A stretch of 63,968 nucleotides of DNA, filler included, from 6 parts of 6 records of this genome joined end to end with filler, not necessarily neighbours in it; one strand, 5' to 3'. Shown: positions 36,006-48,920, numbered from the whole stretch's first letter. Translations and numbers: made by a program. Notes: generated by a model not told the origin, from the sequence alone.

Positions 36006-39000
36006 CAACCCGGCCACCATCATGACCGACCCGGCAATGGCTGATGCCACCTACATTGAGCCGATTGCCTGGCAGACTGTTGAAAAAATCATCGAGAAAG
36101 AGCGCCCCGATGTACTGCTGCCAACAATGGGTGGGCAGACAGCGTTGAACTGTGCGCTGGACCTGGATCGCGAAGGCGTACTGGAGAAATACGGCGTAGA
36201 GATGATCGGCGCCAAGAAAGACGCCATCGACATGGCCGAAGATCGCCAGTTGTTCGATCAAGCGATGAAGCGTATCGGTCTGGAAACGCCGCGCTCTGCG
36301 ATTGCACACAGCATGGAAGAGGCGCTGCAAGTTCTCGACTCCATCGGTTTCCCGGCGATTATTCGTCCGTCGTTCACAATGGGCGGCAGCGGCGGTGGTA
36401 TTGCCTATAACAAAGAAGAGTACGTGGAGATTTGTACCCGCGGCTTGGATTTGTCGCCCACCAACGAGCTGTTGATCGATGAGAGCCTGATCGGCTGGAA
36501 AGAGTTTGAAATGGAGGTGGTGCGTGATCGCAATGACAACTGCATCATCATTTGTGCCATCGAAAACTTCGACCCGATGGGTGTACACACTGGTGACTCG
36601 ATTACCGTTGCCCCCGCGCAAACGCTGACTGATAAAGAATATCAAATCATGCGAAATGCCTCTTGCGCGGTGCTGCGTGAGATCGGTGTTGAAACGGGCG
36701 GTTCGAACGTCCAGTTTGGTATGAACCCGAAAGACGGCCGCCTGGTGGTGATTGAGATGAACCCGCGGGTGTCTCGTTCATCGGCATTGGCCTCGAAGGC
36801 CACCGGCTTCCCAATTGCTAAAGTCGCTGCCAAGTTGGCGGTGGGTTACACCCTCGATGAGCTGCAAAACGACATTACCGGCGGCGCAACGCCAGCGTCA
36901 TTTGAGCCGAGCATCGACTATGTCGTGACCAAGATTCCGCGCTTTACCTTTGAGAAGTTCGGCGAAGCACAGACCAAGTTGCATACGCAGATGAAGTCGG
37001 TTGGAGAGGTGATGGCGATTGGCCGCACCTTTCAGGAGTCCGTGCAAAAGGCACTGCGTGGTCTGGAAGTAGGCTCTGCCGGCTTTGAGCACAAGATTGA
37101 TGTCGATCGCGACGATGCCCGCGATGTGTTGATTGCCGAGCTGACCAACCCTGGCCCTGAGCGCATTTGGTATGTGGCTGATGCTTTCCGTGCTGGCATG
37201 TCGGTGGAAGAGGTGTACGAGCACTCGTGGATCGACCCCTGGTTCCTGGTGCAGATCGAAGACATTGTTAAGTCTGAAAACGCCCTGAAGAAGGTGGCTC
37301 TGTCGGATATTGACGAAGCGCTTATGCGTCGCCTCAAGCGCAAAGGTTTCAGCGATCAGCGCTTGTCCGTGCTGCTGGCAGTGAGTGAGCGGCAATTGCG
37401 CGCCCGCCGTCACGCGCTAGGCGTATTGCCGGTGTACAAACGGGTGGATACCTGTGCGGCAGAGTTCGCTACGTCTACGGCGTATATGTACTCAACCTAC
37501 GAGGAAGAGTGCGAAGCCCAGCCAAGCGAGCGCGAAAAAATTCTGGTTATCGGTGGCGGTCCAAACCGCATCGGTCAGGGCATCGAGTTTGACTATTGCT
37601 GCGTGCACGCGGCATTGGCCATGCGCGAAGACGGTTACGAAACCATTATGGTGAACTGTAACCCTGAGACGGTTTCCACCGACTACGATATTTCCGACCG
37701 CCTGTATTTCGAGCCAGTAACGCTTGAAGATGTGCTGGAGATTGTGGCGAAAGAAAAGCCCAAGGGCGTGATCGTGCAGTTTGGTGGGCAGACTCCACTC
37801 AAGCTGGCCCGCGACCTCGAGGCTGCCGGCGTGCCGATTATTGGTACCAGCCCTGAGGCGATTGACCGCGCTGAAGACCGCGAACGCTTCCAGCAAATGA
37901 TTGAGCGCCTGAACCTCAAACAGCCGCCCAACACCACAGTGCGCTCTGAAGAGGCGGCATTGGCCGCTGCGCAGAAAATTGGCTATCCATTGGTTGTTCG
38001 CCCGTCTTATGTATTGGGTGGCCGCGCCATGGAGATCGTTTACAAAGAGGAAGAGCTGGAGCGCTACATGCGCGAAGCAGTGAAGGTGTCCAACGAGTCG
38101 CCGGTACTGCTGGATCACTTCCTGAATGCGGCAGTAGAGGTCGACCTCGATGCCGTGTCAGACGGCAAGCAGGTGGTGATTGGCGCCATTATGCAGCACA
38201 TCGAGCAGGCGGGTGTTCACTCGGGTGACTCGGCGTGTTCGCTGCCGCCGTATTCGCTCGATGCCGAAACGCAGGACAAAATGCGCGAAATGGTCAAGCG
38301 CATGGCCCTGGAGCTTGGCGTTGTCGGCCTGATGAACGTGCAGCTGGCCGTGCAGGATGGCGAGATCTACGTGATTGAGGTCAACCCGCGCGCTTCGCGT
38401 ACCGTGCCCTTCGTCTCCAAGTGTATTGGCCTGTCCTTGGCCAAGGTGGCCGCGCGCTGTATGGCGGGTACCAGCCTTGCCGAGCAAAACTTTACCGCCG
38501 AGCGCGTGCCCGATTACTACTCGGTGAAAGAGGCGGTTTTCCCCTTCAATAAATTCCCCGGTGTCGACCCGATTCTCGGGCCCGAAATGAAGTCGACGGG
38601 CGAGGTTATGGGCTTGGGCGAAAGCTTCGCAGAGGCCTTCTCTAAGGCGGCTCGCGGTGCTGGCGAAGTCTTCCCAACCGAAGGTCGGGCCTTTATCTCG
38701 GTGCGAGACCCAGATAAGGCGGGCGCTGTTGCGGTAGCGAAGCAGTTGCTGGAGTTGGGCTTTGAGCTGTGCGCGACTCGCGGAACGCACAAAGTCCTGG
38801 CCGATGCGGGCCTGGCTTGCCAACGCGTGAACAAGGTAATGGAAGGGCGTCCGCATATCGTCGATATGGTCAAAAATGGCGATATTGATCTGATTATCAA
38901 TACCACTGAAGGTAAGCAGGCGATTGCCGATTCATCGCTGATTCGCCGCTCTGCTCTGCAGAATAAGGTGAGCTACACCACGACGCTGGCGGGGGCGGAA

Positions 39001-39081
39001 GCCATTTGCCAGGCGCTGGTGTTCGGCGCTGAGCGCACGGTGCGTCGCCTGCAGGATGTGCATGAGGAGTTGGTAAAATGA
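36006..39081 (+). CDS. carB: Carbamoyl-phosphate synthase large subunit (5' truncated)
   Basis: [26 protein letters not shown] and [15 protein letters not shown] motifs; MGS domain. Confidence 0.97.
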
Positions 39082-39563
39082 GTCAGCAAACCCCGATGAC
39101 GGTGGCCGGTGAGCAGGCGTTGCGCGATGAGCTTAAGCGCCTGAAAACGGTTGATCGCCCTCGCATTACTCAGGCGATTGCCGAGGCCCGTGAGCACGGC
39201 GACTTGAAAGAAAACGCCGAATACCACGCTGCGCGTGAGCAGCAGGGTTTCTGTGAAGGTCGTATTCAGGAAATTGAAGGCAAGCTATCCAATGTGCGGG
39301 TGATTGATATCACCACAATTCCCTGTACCGGCAAGGTGATTTTCGGCACCACTGTGTCGCTGATCAATTGCGATACCGACGAAGAAGTAACCTACCGCAT
39401 TGTTGGTGAGGATGAGGCCGACGTGAAGGCGGGTAAGATCTCTGTCACGTCGCCGATTGCGCGCGCCTTGATCGGTAAGGAAGAGGGTGATGTGGCGGTA
39501 GTTGCTGCCCCCGGTGGCGACATCGAATACGAAATCGACCAGGTGCAACACCTCGCAGAGTAG
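39078..39563 (+). CDS. greA: Transcription elongation factor GreA
   Basis: [13 protein letters not shown] and [10 protein letters not shown] motifs. Confidence 0.97.
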   Translation: MSQQTPMTVAGEQALRDELKRLKTVDRPRITQAIAEAREHGDLKENAEYHAAREQQGFCEGRIQEIEGKLSNVRVIDITTIPCTGKVIFGTTVSLINCDTDEEVTYRIVGEDEADVKAGKISVTSPIARALIGKEEGDVAVVAAPGGDIEYEIDQVQHLAE

Positions 39564-39582
39564 CGCCGCACAGCGCGCTGAT

Positions 39583-39891
39583 TTAGGCGCGCAGCAAGTT
39601 TGACAGGCGCGGGTTGGGCTTTTTCGCGGCGCGGTAGATCAGCGCTATTTTACCGATAGCCTGTACCAACTGTGCGCGGCTTCCCTCGCACAGTTGATCG
39701 ATCAATTCGCGCCGCTCGCCTGGATCGGCAACATTGACTTTGACCTTGATCAGTTCGTGGTCCTCCAGGGCCCGCTCCAGTTCCTGCTCCACACCTTCAC
39801 TCAAGCCTCGGTCGCCAATCATCACAACAGGGTTGAGTTTGTGGCCAATGCTGCGCAGATGTTTTTTGTCGCTGGCGGTGAGTGCTTCCAT
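39583..39891 (-). CDS. yhbY: Ribosome assembly RNA-binding protein YhbY
   Basis: GHKLNPVVMIG and HELIKVK motifs; conserved position. Confidence 0.93.
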   Translation of the reverse strand: MEALTASDKKHLRSIGHKLNPVVMIGDRGLSEGVEQELERALEDHELIKVKVNVADPGERRELIDQLCEGSRAQLVQAIGKIALIYRAAKKPNPRLSNLLRA

Positions 39892-40003
39892 AGGTATCTA
39901 GCTGTGTTGGTTTACGGGAGCGTTATTGTACGGGAAAGGTATACTGTTAGCGATACGCCCGTTTTGGGGCTCGGCCCGTTTACATACAAAAAAGGGAAAT
40001 GCG

Positions 40004-40627
40004 GTGGCAAAACGATCTTCTTCTAGTGGTGCATGGCTGAAAGAGCACTTTGATGACCACTACGTGAAGCGCTCCCAAAAGGAGGGCTATCGCTCGCGCG
40101 CCTGTTATAAGTTACTGGAAATTCAAGAAAAAGACCGTCTGATAAAGCCTGGGATGTGTGTTGTTGATCTGGGCTGCGCGCCGGGTGGCTGGTCCCAGGT
40201 AGCGGCAGAACTGGTGGGCGACCGGGGGCGTGTATTGGCCTCAGATATTCTGCCGATGGATACACTGGCTGGCGTTGAGTTTATTCAGGGTGATTTTACC
40301 GAAGAGTCGGTATTCAACGAGCTGCTCGCCGCGCTGGGTGATCAGCGGGCCGACCTTGTAATTTCCGATATGGCCCCCAATATGAGTGGAGTGAAGGACG
40401 TGGATCAGCCCCGCTCTATGTATTTATGTGAGCTGGCCCTTGATATGGCGGCTCATGTGCTCCGCCCTGGTGGCGATTTCGTAACAAAGATATTCCAGGG
40501 CGAAGGCTTCGAGGCGTATTTTCGAGACATGCGCAGCCGCTTTGACAAGGTAATAACGCGCAAGCCTGCGGCATCGCGGCCGCGCTCGCGTGAAGTTTAT
40601 TTGCTGGGGCGTGGCCTCAAGGCGTAA
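40004..40627 (+). CDS. rlmE: 23S rRNA Um2552 methyltransferase
   Basis: [20 protein letters not shown] and SDMAPN motifs; GTG start. Confidence 0.96.
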   Translation: MAKRSSSSGAWLKEHFDDHYVKRSQKEGYRSRACYKLLEIQEKDRLIKPGMCVVDLGCAPGGWSQVAAELVGDRGRVLASDILPMDTLAGVEFIQGDFTEESVFNELLAALGDQRADLVISDMAPNMSGVKDVDQPRSMYLCELALDMAAHVLRPGGDFVTKIFQGEGFEAYFRDMRSRFDKVITRKPAASRPRSREVYLLGRGLKA

Positions 40628-40741
40628 TGGTGCTGCGGCCATTTGTTCGTAGAGAGCGTGGAATTTCTGTAGTAGAGTGGGGTCTAGGACTGTGCGCCTG
40701 GCCAACTGGCTTTGCGCAGCGTGCGATATGAGGATCGGTTT

Positions 40742-42703
40742 TTGAACGACATGGCTAAAAATTTATTATTGTGGCTGGTTATCGCCGCAGTGTTGCTGAC
40801 AGTATTTAATAACTTCAGCGTGCAATCGCCTACTGAGCAGCTCAATTACTCCCAGTTTATTACTGAGGTGCAAAACGAGCGTGTGCAAAAGGTGGTGATC
40901 GATGGATTGGTCATTAGCGGCCAGCGTAACGATAATAGCCGGTTCGAAACCGTTCGCCCCTTGCTCGATGATCCCAAGCTGATTGACGACCTGCTGGAAC
41001 ACAATGTTGTTGTAGAAGGGCGCAAGCCTGAGCAGCAAAGCCTGTGGACGCAATTGCTGGTCGCCAGCTTCCCGATTTTAATTATTCTCGCGATCTTTAT
41101 GTTCTTCATGCGCCAGATGCAAGGTGGCGCGGGTGGCGGCAAAGGCGGCCCGATGGCGTTTGGCAAAAGTAAGGCCAGACTGCTGAGTGAAGACCAGATT
41201 AAAACCACCTTTGCTGATGTTGCCGGTGTCGATGAGGCGAAGGAAGACGTACAGGAGTTGGTTGAGTTCCTGCGCGACCCCGGAAAATTCCAGCGTTTAG
41301 GCGGCCGAATCCCTCGCGGCGTATTGATGGTGGGGCCCCCGGGAACGGGTAAAACCCTGCTTGCCAAGGCGATTGCCGGTGAGGCAAAAGTCCCCTTCTT
41401 CTCGATTTCCGGTTCAGACTTTGTCGAGATGTTTGTCGGTGTAGGTGCTTCGCGTGTGCGGGACATGTTTGAGCAGGCCAAAAAACAAGCACCCTGCATT
41501 ATCTTTATCGATGAGATCGACGCCGTCGGCCGTCACCGTGGTGCCGGCATGGGCGGTGGTCACGATGAGCGTGAGCAAACCCTGAACCAGCTGCTGGTTG
41601 AGATGGACGGTTTTGAAGTTAATGATGGCGTTATCGTTATTGCCGCGACGAACCGCCCCGATGTGCTTGACCCGGCCCTGCTGCGCCCCGGGCGTTTTGA
41701 CCGCCAGGTCGTGGTTGGTCTGCCCGATATTCGCGGACGTGAACAAATCCTGAAAGTACATATGCGCAAATTGCCGGTCGGTGACGATGTGGATGCCGCG
41801 GTTATTGCTCGCGGTACACCGGGTTTCTCGGGTGCTGATCTGGCGAACCTGGCAAACGAGGCGGCGCTGTTTGCCGCGCGGGCAAATTCGCGCCTAGTGA
41901 CGATGGAACAGTTCGACCTGGCCAAAGACAAGATCATGATGGGCGCCGAGCGCAAATCGATGGTGATGTCGGAGAAGGAAAAGCTCAATACCGCTTACCA
42001 CGAGGCCGGGCATGCCATTGTTGGCCGCGTTGTGCCTGAGCACGATCCCGTTTACAAGGTGAGTATTATTCCGCGTGGGCGCGCCCTGGGTGTGACCATG
42101 TTCTTGCCAGAGGAAGATCGCTACAGCCTGAGCCGTCGCCACATTATCAGCCAGATATGCTCGCTGTTTGGCGGTCGTATCGCTGAGGAGATGACGCTGG
42201 GTGCCGACGGCGTCACTACCGGGGCGTCGAACGATATTCAGCGTGCCACCGACATCGCGCGCAAAATGGTAACGAAGTGGGGCCTGTCAGAAAAAATGGG
42301 CCCACTGATGTACGACGATGCTGATGAAGAAGTCTTTTTGGGTCGCTCTGCCGCTCAGCCTGGCAAGGGTGTCTCCGGCGAGACAGCCAGACAGATCGAT
42401 GAAGAAGTACGACGCATCATCGATGAGTGCTATGCCAAGGCGCAGAGCATTTTGGAAGAAAATCGCAGTAAGCTGGATATGATGGCTGAAGCATTGATGA
42501 TGTACGAAACCATCGATGCCAAGCAGATCGACGACATTATGGCGGGGCGCAAGCCACGCAGCCCAGCGGGCTGGGACGACGACCAGAATCGTCGCGGCGG
42601 CCAACAGCGCCCGGTGGTGGATGACGAAGCGGAAGAAGACGCCGAGCAGCCACGCAAGCGCGGCCCCGAAGACCCCTTTGTTGATTCGGTAAGCGATCAC
42701 TGA
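40742..42703 (+). CDS. ftsH: ATP-dependent zinc metalloprotease FtsH
   Basis: [14 protein letters not shown] and HEAGH motifs; start TTG 40742 or ATG 40751. Confidence 0.97.
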   Translation: MNDMAKNLLLWLVIAAVLLTVFNNFSVQSPTEQLNYSQFITEVQNERVQKVVIDGLVISGQRNDNSRFETVRPLLDDPKLIDDLLEHNVVVEGRKPEQQSLWTQLLVASFPILIILAIFMFFMRQMQGGAGGGKGGPMAFGKSKARLLSEDQIKTTFADVAGVDEAKEDVQELVEFLRDPGKFQRLGGRIPRGVLMVGPPGTGKTLLAKAIAGEAKVPFFSISGSDFVEMFVGVGASRVRDMFEQAKKQAPCIIFIDEIDAVGRHRGAGMGGGHDEREQTLNQLLVEMDGFEVNDGVIVIAATNRPDVLDPALLRPGRFDRQVVVGLPDIRGREQILKVHMRKLPVGDDVDAAVIARGTPGFSGADLANLANEAALFAARANSRLVTMEQFDLAKDKIMMGAERKSMVMSEKEKLNTAYHEAGHAIVGRVVPEHDPVYKVSIIPRGRALGVTMFLPEEDRYSLSRRHIISQICSLFGGRIAEEMTLGADGVTTGASNDIQRATDIARKMVTKWGLSEKMGPLMYDDADEEVFLGRSAAQPGKGVSGETARQIDEEVRRIIDECYAKAQSILEENRSKLDMMAEALMMYETIDAKQIDDIMAGRKPRSPAGWDDDQNRRGGQQRPVVDDEAEEDAEQPRKRGPEDPFVDSVSDH

Positions 42704-42708
42704 TCCCG

Positions 42709-43578
42709 ATGGCTTTATCGAAGATTCCCGAATCGCCACAGCTCAGCTGTGGCGATCGCGTTTTAGACCTCTCGAAACCGCAGTTAATGGCGGTAATCAA
42801 TGTCACTCCCGACTCGTTCTCCGATGGCGGGCGCTATTTCCGTGATGGCGGTTTGCACCTCGATACCCTGCTGAACCAGGTTGATGCAGCGCTGCGCGCC
42901 GGTGCCACCATGATAGATATTGGTGGTGAATCAACGCGCCCCGGCGCGGCGCCGATCTCTGAAGCGGAGGAGGTGGCGCGTGTGCTGCCCGCGGTGGAAG
43001 CGGTTGCGCGGCGGTTTGATGTGGTGATTTCGGTGGATACCAGCACGGCTTCTGTGATCGCCGAATCCGCTTCGGCGGGGGCTGGGTTGATCAATGATGT
43101 GCGGGCTTTGCGTCGCGAGGGGGCGCTGGCGGCTGCTGCCGACTCCGGCCTGCCGGTTTGTTTGATGCATATGCGCGGCGAACCGGGGGATATGCAGCGT
43201 CAACCGCAGTACGAGGATGTCGTCACTGAGGTAGAGGCCTTCTTGCGTGAACGCGTAGCCGCCTGCGCCGAAGCGGGAATACCAGCGGAGCGCTTACTGC
43301 TGGATCCCGGTTTTGGCTTTGGTAAGACGCTAGCCCACAACCTGGCCTTGTTCCGCCGCCTGCCGGAATTGTGCGCCTGGGGTTATCCGGTGTTGGTGGG
43401 AGTGTCGCGCAAGTCTATGGTGGGCGATATTACCGGACGAGCAGTTGCTGATCGCATGCCCGGTAGTATCACCCTGGCTGCTCTCGCCGCCGAGCGCGGC
43501 GCGGCCATCATTCGTGCCCACGATATCGCTGAAACGGCCGATGCCTTAGCCGTCGCCGCAGCGCTAAAAGGATTCTGA
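42709..43578 (+). CDS. folP: Dihydropteroate synthase
   Basis: [27 protein letters not shown] and SRKS motifs. Confidence 0.96.
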   Translation: MALSKIPESPQLSCGDRVLDLSKPQLMAVINVTPDSFSDGGRYFRDGGLHLDTLLNQVDAALRAGATMIDIGGESTRPGAAPISEAEEVARVLPAVEAVARRFDVVISVDTSTASVIAESASAGAGLINDVRALRREGALAAAADSGLPVCLMHMRGEPGDMQRQPQYEDVVTEVEAFLRERVAACAEAGIPAERLLLDPGFGFGKTLAHNLALFRRLPELCAWGYPVLVGVSRKSMVGDITGRAVADRMPGSITLAALAAERGAAIIRAHDIAETADALAVAAALKGF

Positions 43579-43580
43579 TA

Positions 43581-44915
43581 ATGACAAGAAAGTATTTCGG
43601 CACTGATGGTGTGCGCGGTCGAGTGGGGGAGTTTCCCATCACTCCCGAGTTTGTTCTGAAGCTGGGCTGGGCGGTTGGCCAGGTGTTCGCAAAAGAAGGC
43701 CGCAGCCGAGTGTTAATTGGTAAGGACACGCGGATTTCGGGGTATATGTTTGAGTCCGCGCTGGAAGCGGGCTTGGTGGCGGCAGGCGTAGATGTGCGTT
43801 TGTTGGGGCCAATGCCAACGCCAGCGATTGCCTATCTGACCCGTACCTTTAAGGGGCGCGCTGGGATTGTTATTAGTGCCAGCCACAATCCGTATTACGA
43901 CAATGGTATCAAGTTCTTTTCGGCTGAAGGCAGTAAGTTGCCCGATGCGCTTGAAAGTGCAATCGAAGCGGCGATGGACCTGCCGATGACCACCGTCGAC
44001 TCGTCGGCGCTGGGCAAGGTCAAGCGCATAGATGATGCAGCGGGCCGCTATATTGAATACTGCAAATCGACGGTCGGCTCCGACCTTTCCCTGAGCGGCC
44101 TTAAACTGGTTTTGGATTGCGCCCACGGTGCGACCTACCATGTGGCGCCAGCGGTGTTTGCCGAGCTGGGGGCCGAACTCGTGGTTATTGGTGCAGCGCC
44201 GGATGGCTTAAACATTAACGCCGGTTATGGCTCGACCGACCCCAAAGCGCTGTGCGAGCGCGTGTTGGCAGAGAAGGCAGATTTGGGTATTGCCTTTGAT
44301 GGCGATGGCGATCGCGTATTGTTTGTCGACAGCAATGGCGAGCTGGTCGATGGCGATGAATTGCTGTACATCATTGCCGCGGATCAACGCCGTCGCACGG
44401 GTCGCTGTGATGGTGTGGCGGGAACACTTATGTCCAACCTGGGCTTGGAGCTCGCGCTTGGCGAGCTTGGTATTCCCTTTGAGCGCGCCAACGTCGGCGA
44501 TCGTTACGTGAAGGCATTAATGAATGAGCGAGGCTTCTCGCTGGGTGGTGAAAATTCGGGGCATATTATTTGCTCGGATGTGAGTACCACCGGCGATGGC
44601 GTAGTGGCTGCGCTGCAAGTACTGAAAGCCATGCAGACACAATCCGCTTCGCTCTCCACTTTGCGCGCGCCACTGCAGATGTTGCCGCAAGTGATGATAA
44701 ACGTTCGTACAGCGGGTGCCTTCGACCTGAGTGACGCCGCGTTGCAGGCGGCAGTTGCTGATGTGGAGGCAGAGCTGGGTGATCGAGGGCGGGTATTGCT
44801 GCGTGCCTCGGGCACCGAGCCGTTGATTCGCGTCATGGTTGAAGGACATGACGAGCAGCAGGTACAGCGGCTCTGCAAGCAGTTGGCGCAGCGCGTCGAA
44901 AGCTTGGCAAGCTGA
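43581..44915 (+). CDS. glmM: Phosphoglucosamine mutase
   Basis: [15 protein letters not shown] and FDGDGDR motifs. Confidence 0.96.
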   Translation: MTRKYFGTDGVRGRVGEFPITPEFVLKLGWAVGQVFAKEGRSRVLIGKDTRISGYMFESALEAGLVAAGVDVRLLGPMPTPAIAYLTRTFKGRAGIVISASHNPYYDNGIKFFSAEGSKLPDALESAIEAAMDLPMTTVDSSALGKVKRIDDAAGRYIEYCKSTVGSDLSLSGLKLVLDCAHGATYHVAPAVFAELGAELVVIGAAPDGLNINAGYGSTDPKALCERVLAEKADLGIAFDGDGDRVLFVDSNGELVDGDELLYIIAADQRRRTGRCDGVAGTLMSNLGLELALGELGIPFERANVGDRYVKALMNERGFSLGGENSGHIICSDVSTTGDGVVAALQVLKAMQTQSASLSTLRAPLQMLPQVMINVRTAGAFDLSDAALQAAVADVEAELGDRGRVLLRASGTEPLIRVMVEGHDEQQVQRLCKQLAQRVESLAS

Positions 44916-44976
44916 TGTTGTATGTGTGTATAAGTTTATGTAAGATTGGCGCCCATTTTGCGCTAAGGGAAGTGCT

Positions 44977-45732
44977 ATGCGGAGCAAACTGGTAGCAGGT
45001 AATTGGAAAATGCACGGAGATCGTGCGGCTATCGGTGAGTTGCTGACTGCCCTAAAAGCTGAATTACCCTCTGAGCCAAGCGTTGATATCGCCGTTTTCC
45101 CCAGCGCGGTTTATATCAACGACGCGATTAAGGTGCTCAAGGGAAGTCCGGTTGCCGTTGGTGCCCAGAATGTCTGTGAATACGCCGGTGAAGGTGCATA
45201 CACGGGTGAGGTGTCGGCAGCCATGTTGGCCGATGTTGGTTGTCGCTATGTGATTGCCGGGCACTCTGAGCGCAGGGCGCTTTATGGTGAAAGTGACGCG
45301 CTTGTCGTCACAAAGGTTAAGCGCGCTCTTGATGTAGGCTTAACGCCAGTGCTGTGTGTGGGGGAATCGGAGTCCGAGCGCGAAGCTGGGCAAACCCTAG
45401 AAGTGGTTGCGCGTCAGCTTAATGCGCTGTGGGATCAGCTGTCAGTGGCAAACTTGGGTTCCTTGATAGTGGCTTACGAGCCGGTGTGGGCAATTGGCAC
45501 TGGTAAGACCGCCACCCCGGAGCAGGCGCAACAAGTACACGCGTTTATTCGCAGCGTGTTTGCCGAAAAAGATGCCAATCTCTCAAATGAGATGAGAATT
45601 CTTTACGGCGGCAGTGTAAAAGCGGCAAATGCTGCTGAGTTATTTAGCCAGGCTGATATCGATGGTGGCTTGGTCGGTGGCGCATCGTTGAATGCGCAGG
45701 AATTTTCCGCAATATGTCGGGCGGCGGAGTAA
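44977..45732 (+). CDS. tpiA: Triosephosphate isomerase
   Basis: GNWKM, GHSERR and AYEPVWAIGTG motifs. Confidence 0.97.
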   Translation: MRSKLVAGNWKMHGDRAAIGELLTALKAELPSEPSVDIAVFPSAVYINDAIKVLKGSPVAVGAQNVCEYAGEGAYTGEVSAAMLADVGCRYVIAGHSERRALYGESDALVVTKVKRALDVGLTPVLCVGESESEREAGQTLEVVARQLNALWDQLSVANLGSLIVAYEPVWAIGTGKTATPEQAQQVHAFIRSVFAEKDANLSNEMRILYGGSVKAANAAELFSQADIDGGLVGGASLNAQEFSAICRAAE

Positions 45733-46107
45733 ATGGAACAAATTATATTAGTTGTACATGTTTTGGCTGCGCTGGCCATTATCGGTTTGATCCTTGTTCA
45801 GCAGGGTAAAGGTGCCGATATGGGGGCGTCTTTTGGTGCAGGTGCATCGCAGACGTTGTTTGGCAGCGATGGTAGTGGTAATGTGCTGACCCGCGCGACC
45901 GCGATCCTGGCAACACTGTTCTTTGTAACCAGTTTGTCGTTGGCTTATGTGGCCAAGCAGCGCAGTGTCGTTGGTGAAGATATCATTGATGTACCTGTTC
46001 TGGAGGAGAGTCGCGAAGTGGCTCCAGTGCCTGAGGGTGACCTCCCTGAGGCGGCTGCGTCGGACATGCCGGCGATGAGCGACAGCGACATGCCCCAGGG
46101 GCAGTAA
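45733..46107 (+). CDS. secG: Preprotein translocase subunit SecG
   Basis: QQGKGADMGASFGAGAS motif. Confidence 0.95.
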   Translation: MEQIILVVHVLAALAIIGLILVQQGKGADMGASFGAGASQTLFGSDGSGNVLTRATAILATLFFVTSLSLAYVAKQRSVVGEDIIDVPVLEESREVAPVPEGDLPEAAASDMPAMSDSDMPQGQ

Positions 46108-46118
46108 GTAGTAATAAA

Positions 46119-46147
46119 GCCGAAGTGGTGGAATTGGTAGACACGCT
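46119..46147 (+). tRNA. tRNA-Leu 5' part (truncated before the anticodon)
   Basis: GCCGAAGTGGTGGAATTGGTAGACACGCT directly after secG, the usual leuU position. Confidence 0.85.
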
Positions 46148-46247
46148 NNNNNNNNNNNNNNNNNNNNNNNNNNNNNNNNNNNNNNNNNNNNTTAATTAAT
46201 TAANNNNNNNNNNNNNNNNNNNNNNNNNNNNNNNNNNNNNNNNNNNN
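46148..46247. other. Artificial contig linker
   Basis: N-run, TTAATTAATTAA, N-run. Confidence 0.98.
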
Positions 46248-46941
46248 CAAGCAGGACGTGATGTTTGCCGGTGGCGGCGAGGAACTGGACTGGACGTTGT
46301 CTTGCCTGTTTGACGCCATGGGCGCGATGAGCAGCAAATACAACGACACACCAGAAAAAGCCTCCCGTGCGTTTGACGCCAACCGCGATGGTTTTGTCAT
46401 CACTGGCGGCGGCGGCATCGTGGTGCTGGAAGATCTGGACCATGCCTTGGCCCGCGGTGCGAAAATCTATGCCGAAGTGACCGGCTTTGCCGCGACATCG
46501 GACGGCCATGACATGGTTGCCCCCTCTGGCGAGGGCGGACAGCGGGCGATGGAACTGGCCCTGGCCACCCTGCCCGAAGGCCGCAAAGTCAGCTATATCA
46601 ACGCCCATGGCACCTCGACCCCGGTCGGCGATGTTGGCGAAATCGAAGCGGTACGCCGCGTCTTTGGGATCGGAAACACACCGCCCGTCAGCTCAACCAA
46701 ATCCCTTACCGGTCACGGTCAGGGCGCAGCGGGCGCGATGGAGGCGATCTTTTGCCTGTTGATGCTGGATAATGATTTCATCACACCGTCGATCAACGTT
46801 GAAACCCTCGATCCGGCGCTCAATCCAGAAGAGATTGCAACAGATCTGGTTGAAAACGCCGGATTGGATTCTGTCATGACCAATTCCTTTGGCTTTGGTG
46901 GCACCAACGGGTCTATGATCCTGTCCAAGTATCAGGGGTAA
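46248..46941 (+). CDS. fabB: Beta-ketoacyl-ACP synthase I (5' truncated)
   Basis: [15 protein letters not shown] and NSFGFGGTN motifs. Confidence 0.9.
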
Positions 46942-46949
46942 GGAACAAA

Positions 46950-47741
46950 ATGTCGGATTTGCTTACAGGGAAACGCGGCCTGATCATGGGTGTCGCGAAC
47001 GAACGGTCCATTGCATGGGGCATTGCCAAGGCGATGGCCGGCGCCGGGGCCGAACTGGCCTTTACCTATCAGGGGGAGGCCTTTGGCTCGCGTTTGCGCC
47101 CCTTGGCGGAATCGGTGGGATCGGACTTCATGGTCGATGTGGATGTGACCGATGATGCCTCGCTCGACACCGCTTTTGATCAGCTGGCCGCACGCTGGCC
47201 GACGATTGACTTTGTGGTCCATGCGATTGCGTTTTCCGACAAATCCGAACTGACCGGACGGTTTCTGAACACCAGCCGGGAGAACTTCAAGAACTCAATG
47301 GATATCTCCGCCTACAGCTTTATCGAAGTGGCCCGCCGCGCCCATCCGCTGATGGTGGAAAACGGCGGCACCTTGTTGACGCTGACCTATCAGGGGTCCA
47401 ACCGCGTTGTGCCAAACTACAATGTCATGGGTGTGGCCAAAGCGGCGTTGGAAAGCGCAACGCGCTATCTGGCCAATGATCTGGGGCCCGAAGGCATCCG
47501 GGTAAACGCCATTTCACCCGGCCCGATGAAAACACTGGCAGGCGCAGCCATCGGCGGTGCCCGCAAGACCTACAAGCACACGGACCAGAACGCCCCGCTG
47601 CGTTCCAACGCGACGCTTGAGGCGGTGGGCGGCACGGCGGTTTATCTGGCCTCCGATGCGGGCGCATGCACCACGGGCGAGATTGTTCGCGTGGACGGCG
47701 GCTTTCATGTTCTGGGCATGCCCCAGCAAGACAACCTGTAA
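46950..47741 (+). CDS. fabI: Enoyl-ACP reductase FabI
   Basis: GVANERSIAWG and YNVMGVAK motifs. Confidence 0.93.
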   Translation: MSDLLTGKRGLIMGVANERSIAWGIAKAMAGAGAELAFTYQGEAFGSRLRPLAESVGSDFMVDVDVTDDASLDTAFDQLAARWPTIDFVVHAIAFSDKSELTGRFLNTSRENFKNSMDISAYSFIEVARRAHPLMVENGGTLLTLTYQGSNRVVPNYNVMGVAKAALESATRYLANDLGPEGIRVNAISPGPMKTLAGAAIGGARKTYKHTDQNAPLRSNATLEAVGGTAVYLASDAGACTTGEIVRVDGGFHVLGMPQQDNL

Positions 47742-47753
47742 TCAGCGATAGTC

Positions 47754-47775
47754 GTAGGGCGGGGTTCACCCCGCC
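47754..47775 (+). repeat. GTAG-type REP-like palindrome
   Basis: GTAG-GGCGGGG-TTCA-CCCCGCC between convergent genes. Confidence 0.6.
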
Positions 47776-47804
47776 ATACCTGCCCGAAACGATTGCCCAT
47801 GCGC

Positions 47805-48920
47805 CTACCGCAACGGCGGCGTCTGCCACAGCCAGATTTTCAAACCGCCATGCGCCACGGATGGGCCAAGCGGTTTCCAAGGCAGTCCGGTCGCCTTGGC
47901 CAATGGCGGCTCTGACGTGACCAACCCGACGCGCCAGCCCTTGAACCGGTCCAGCAGGGTCTGCCCCAAGGTGCCATACAGCGGGTAAAGCAATTTCTTG
48001 TTGCCGATGCGCGCACCATAAGGCGGATTGACGATCACCAAACCGGGCGGCCCCTCGGGCGGCGTGATCTCACCCGCGCCATGGCAGGAAAAGCTGCACG
48101 CCTGTGCAACACCTGCTCGTTCGGCATTGGCCGTGCTCATCCTGATTGCGCCGGCGTCCCTGTCGGATCCAAAAAACTGTTTTCTTGAAAGGGCTTGCGG
48201 CGCGCCTTCCTTCAATGCCTCCCAAGCGACCTCATCAAAACTCGCCAGATCCTCAAAGGCGAACCGCCGGCTGCGCCCCGGTTGCAAGCCCGCAGCGATC
48301 TCTGCCGCTTCGATCAAAAATGTGCCGGACCCGCACATCGGATCAACGACAGGTTCCTGCCCGTCATATCCGCATTGGCGCAAAAACAGCGCCGCGAGGT
48401 TTTCGCGCATCGGCGCTTTGCCAACCGCTTCTTTGTGACCGCGCTTGTGCAAGGCCTCGCCACTGGTATCGAGGCTGATCGTGACCTGATTGTCGTGAAT
48501 ACGCACCTTCACAACCATCTCTGCCTCGGGCGAAACGGTGATGCCATGGCTTTCGCGCAGGGCGGTTTCAATCCGCTGGGTCGCGGCCTTGGCGTGATAG
48601 ATCTTCGAGGCTTTGCACGTCACCTGCACCTTGACCGGCACATCGGTCCGCAGCACATCACCCCATGGAAATTTGCGCGCGCGTTTGTCCAGCTGCGCCA
48701 GATGGAAGGCCATGAAAGATCCGATCCGCGCCAGCACCCGCACCGCACCGCGCAATTCCAGATTGGCCCGCCAAACGTCATGCCAGCCGCCCATGATGGT
48801 CACGCCGCCGCCGGTGATCTGCGGATCGGCAAAGCCACGTTCGCTCACCTCTTGATGCAAAAGCGGTTCAACGCCCGGTGCGCAAACAAGGAAAATCTCA
48901 AATGTATCAGATGTGTTCAT
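47805..48920 (-). CDS. THUMP-domain RNA methyltransferase (RlmL-like)
   Basis: LHKRG, APMRENLAA, DPMCGSGT and NPPYG motifs. Confidence 0.9.
   Translation of the reverse strand: MNTSDTFEIFLVCAPGVEPLLHQEVSERGFADPQITGGGVTIMGGWHDVWRANLELRGAVRVLARIGSFMAFHLAQLDKRARKFPWGDVLRTDVPVKVQVTCKASKIYHAKAATQRIETALRESHGITVSPEAEMVVKVRIHDNQVTISLDTSGEALHKRGHKEAVGKAPMRENLAALFLRQCGYDGQEPVVDPMCGSGTFLIEAAEIAAGLQPGRSRRFAFEDLASFDEVAWEALKEGAPQALSRKQFFGSDRDAGAIRMSTANAERAGVAQACSFSCHGAGEITPPEGPPGLVIVNPPYGARIGNKKLLYPLYGTLGQTLLDRFKGWRVGLVTSEPPLAKATGLPWKPLGPSVAHGGLKIWLWQTPPLR

Noticed and set aside
36006-46147. Novelty in the carB-secG block
   Set aside because: Standard conserved gammaproteobacterial gene order with no insertions.
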